A stretch of DNA of 64,000 nt from a virus. Its lineage: Duplodnaviria > Caudoviricetes. Both the position numbers and the translations under genes were made by a program. The notes below the pieces were generated by a model, which did not search any database, had not been told where the DNA came from, and was given only the letters and a program-made list of their open reading frames with translations. Positions 63,222-64,000 of the stretch are shown piece after piece. The DNA is taken from IMG/VR virus record IMGVR_UViG_3300027898_000001; one strand, written 5' to 3'. Every line of letters begins with the position of its first letter. The stretch's first letter is position 1.

Positions 63222-63259
63222 TTAAAGTCTCCTGTTAGTGACTGGTTTAAATTATCGTA

Positions 63260-64000
63260 TTAAATGTGTGTTAGACTGCAACGCACAGCTTCCGAACTCA
63301 GGCCACTTATTACAATAGACCCATTAAAACTACCATGAAATACAAACAATCCAGTACACAATATAGTGATAGTCTGTTGTTGAAATGCAGGTGCGGGCGG
63401 TACAGGCGGTACTATAGGTGGAGAAGATGGACTTGAGCCTGTAGGTGGTACAACTGTAGCTACACCCTTAACAAGCAGACTAGAACCACTATCTGTTGTT
63501 ATATCAAGATAAGATGCTTGAATAGTATCAGCATACGCTACATTTAACTTGTTATCTCCGCTTACACTGGCAGCTGACACTAGGTCCAAGGTACCTTCGA
63601 ATACACCTGTACCTATAACTTTCTCGGTACAGCGGACATATTCAAACTCACCTGTGCGCATATTCGATACGGCAATATCAATATAAATACTACCAGTTAA
63701 ATCGTAATCGAAAAGAATCACAGGTATTGATGTATCTGGAACTACAGTAGAAGGTAATGTAATTAAACCATTCGTATTTGCGTCACTGCGCACTGTAATT
63801 GAACCAGATACAGTAGGTGTAGTCGCAGCTTTAGTATCTGTAACTATAACAGATATAATATCATCTACTGACACACTAAGAACACCATCATTATCCGCAT
63901 ACGTACTAGTGTTAGCAGCAGTTGGAAAAGAAAGTGCAAATATGCCAGGTGACGTTTCTACTAGAGAAACACTTTCCACTTCACCTGTAGTGTTATTAAT
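63260..64000 (-). CDS. Virion structural protein (partial, open to the window end)
   Basis: The frame is open upstream of the track's GTG 63979 (INNTTGEVES...). Internal repeat E.....G.F and D..L.V...D.I...Y.D. Confidence 0.65.
   Translation of the reverse strand: MNNTTGEVESVSLVETSPGIFALSFPTAANTSTYADNDGVLSVSVDDIISVIVTDTKAATTPTVSGSITVRSDANTNGLITLPSTVVPDTSIPVILFDYDLTGSIYIDIAVSNMRTGEFEYVRCTEKVIGTGVFEGTLDLVSAASVSGDNKLNVAYADTIQASYLDITTDSGSSLLVKGVATVVPPTGSSPSSPPIVPPVPPAPAFQQQTITILCTGLFVFHGSFNGSIVISGLSSEAVRCSLTHI

Noticed and set aside
1-64000. Alternative genetic code (stop-codon reassignment)
   Set aside because: Conserved genes are full length under the standard code, and TAA, TGA and TAG all end genes at expected positions.

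Overview
A 64 kb segment of an AT-rich, contractile-tailed (myovirus-type) phage, probably a jumbo phage given the gene density and accessory content (inference). The host is probably a gammaproteobacterium, possibly Cellvibrio-like, inferred from a CBM6/poly-serine secreted protein, SspB homologs, a long-form DUF1289, a YqhA-like protein and a spanin-type lysis cassette. Layout: 1-15.7 kb (+) has collagen and fibre/adhesin genes, a membrane/periplasmic 4-gene insert, small tail beta-sandwich proteins and a lysis cassette. 15.7-39.4 kb (-) is a dense accessory region. 39.4-41.1 kb (+) is a two-gene FN3/CBM6 island. 41.1-52 kb (-) is accessory plus nucleotide metabolism (RNase HI, dimeric dUTPase, dCMP deaminase). 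52-64 kb (-) is baseplate, tape measure, tube and sheath. I saw no tRNA, CRISPR array, integrase or transposase. The most unusual signals are: (1) two homologous, apparently structured intergenic RNAs at about 18.15-18.4 kb and 19.39-19.57 kb, plus two further hairpin-dense spacers at 42.5-42.9 kb and 43.6-43.9 kb; (2) a stand-alone GroEL apical domain (a natural minichaperone) fused to a Cys/His domain, co-translated with an SspB-like ClpX adaptor, with a second SspB and a BCS1-like AAA+ ATPase nearby; (3) three tandem acyl carrier proteins, one lacking the pantetheinylation serine; (4) a secreted CBM6-polySer-FN3 protein; (5) a shared 10-aa N-terminal signal MEIxxSLSxN on three ORFs, one of which needs a +1 shift at UUU-UAA; (6) degenerate capsid-like and sheath-like paralogs scattered among accessory genes. 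All family assignments come from motif recognition by eye and need HMM or structure confirmation. Several start codons were corrected relative to the ORF track using RBS and overlap evidence.
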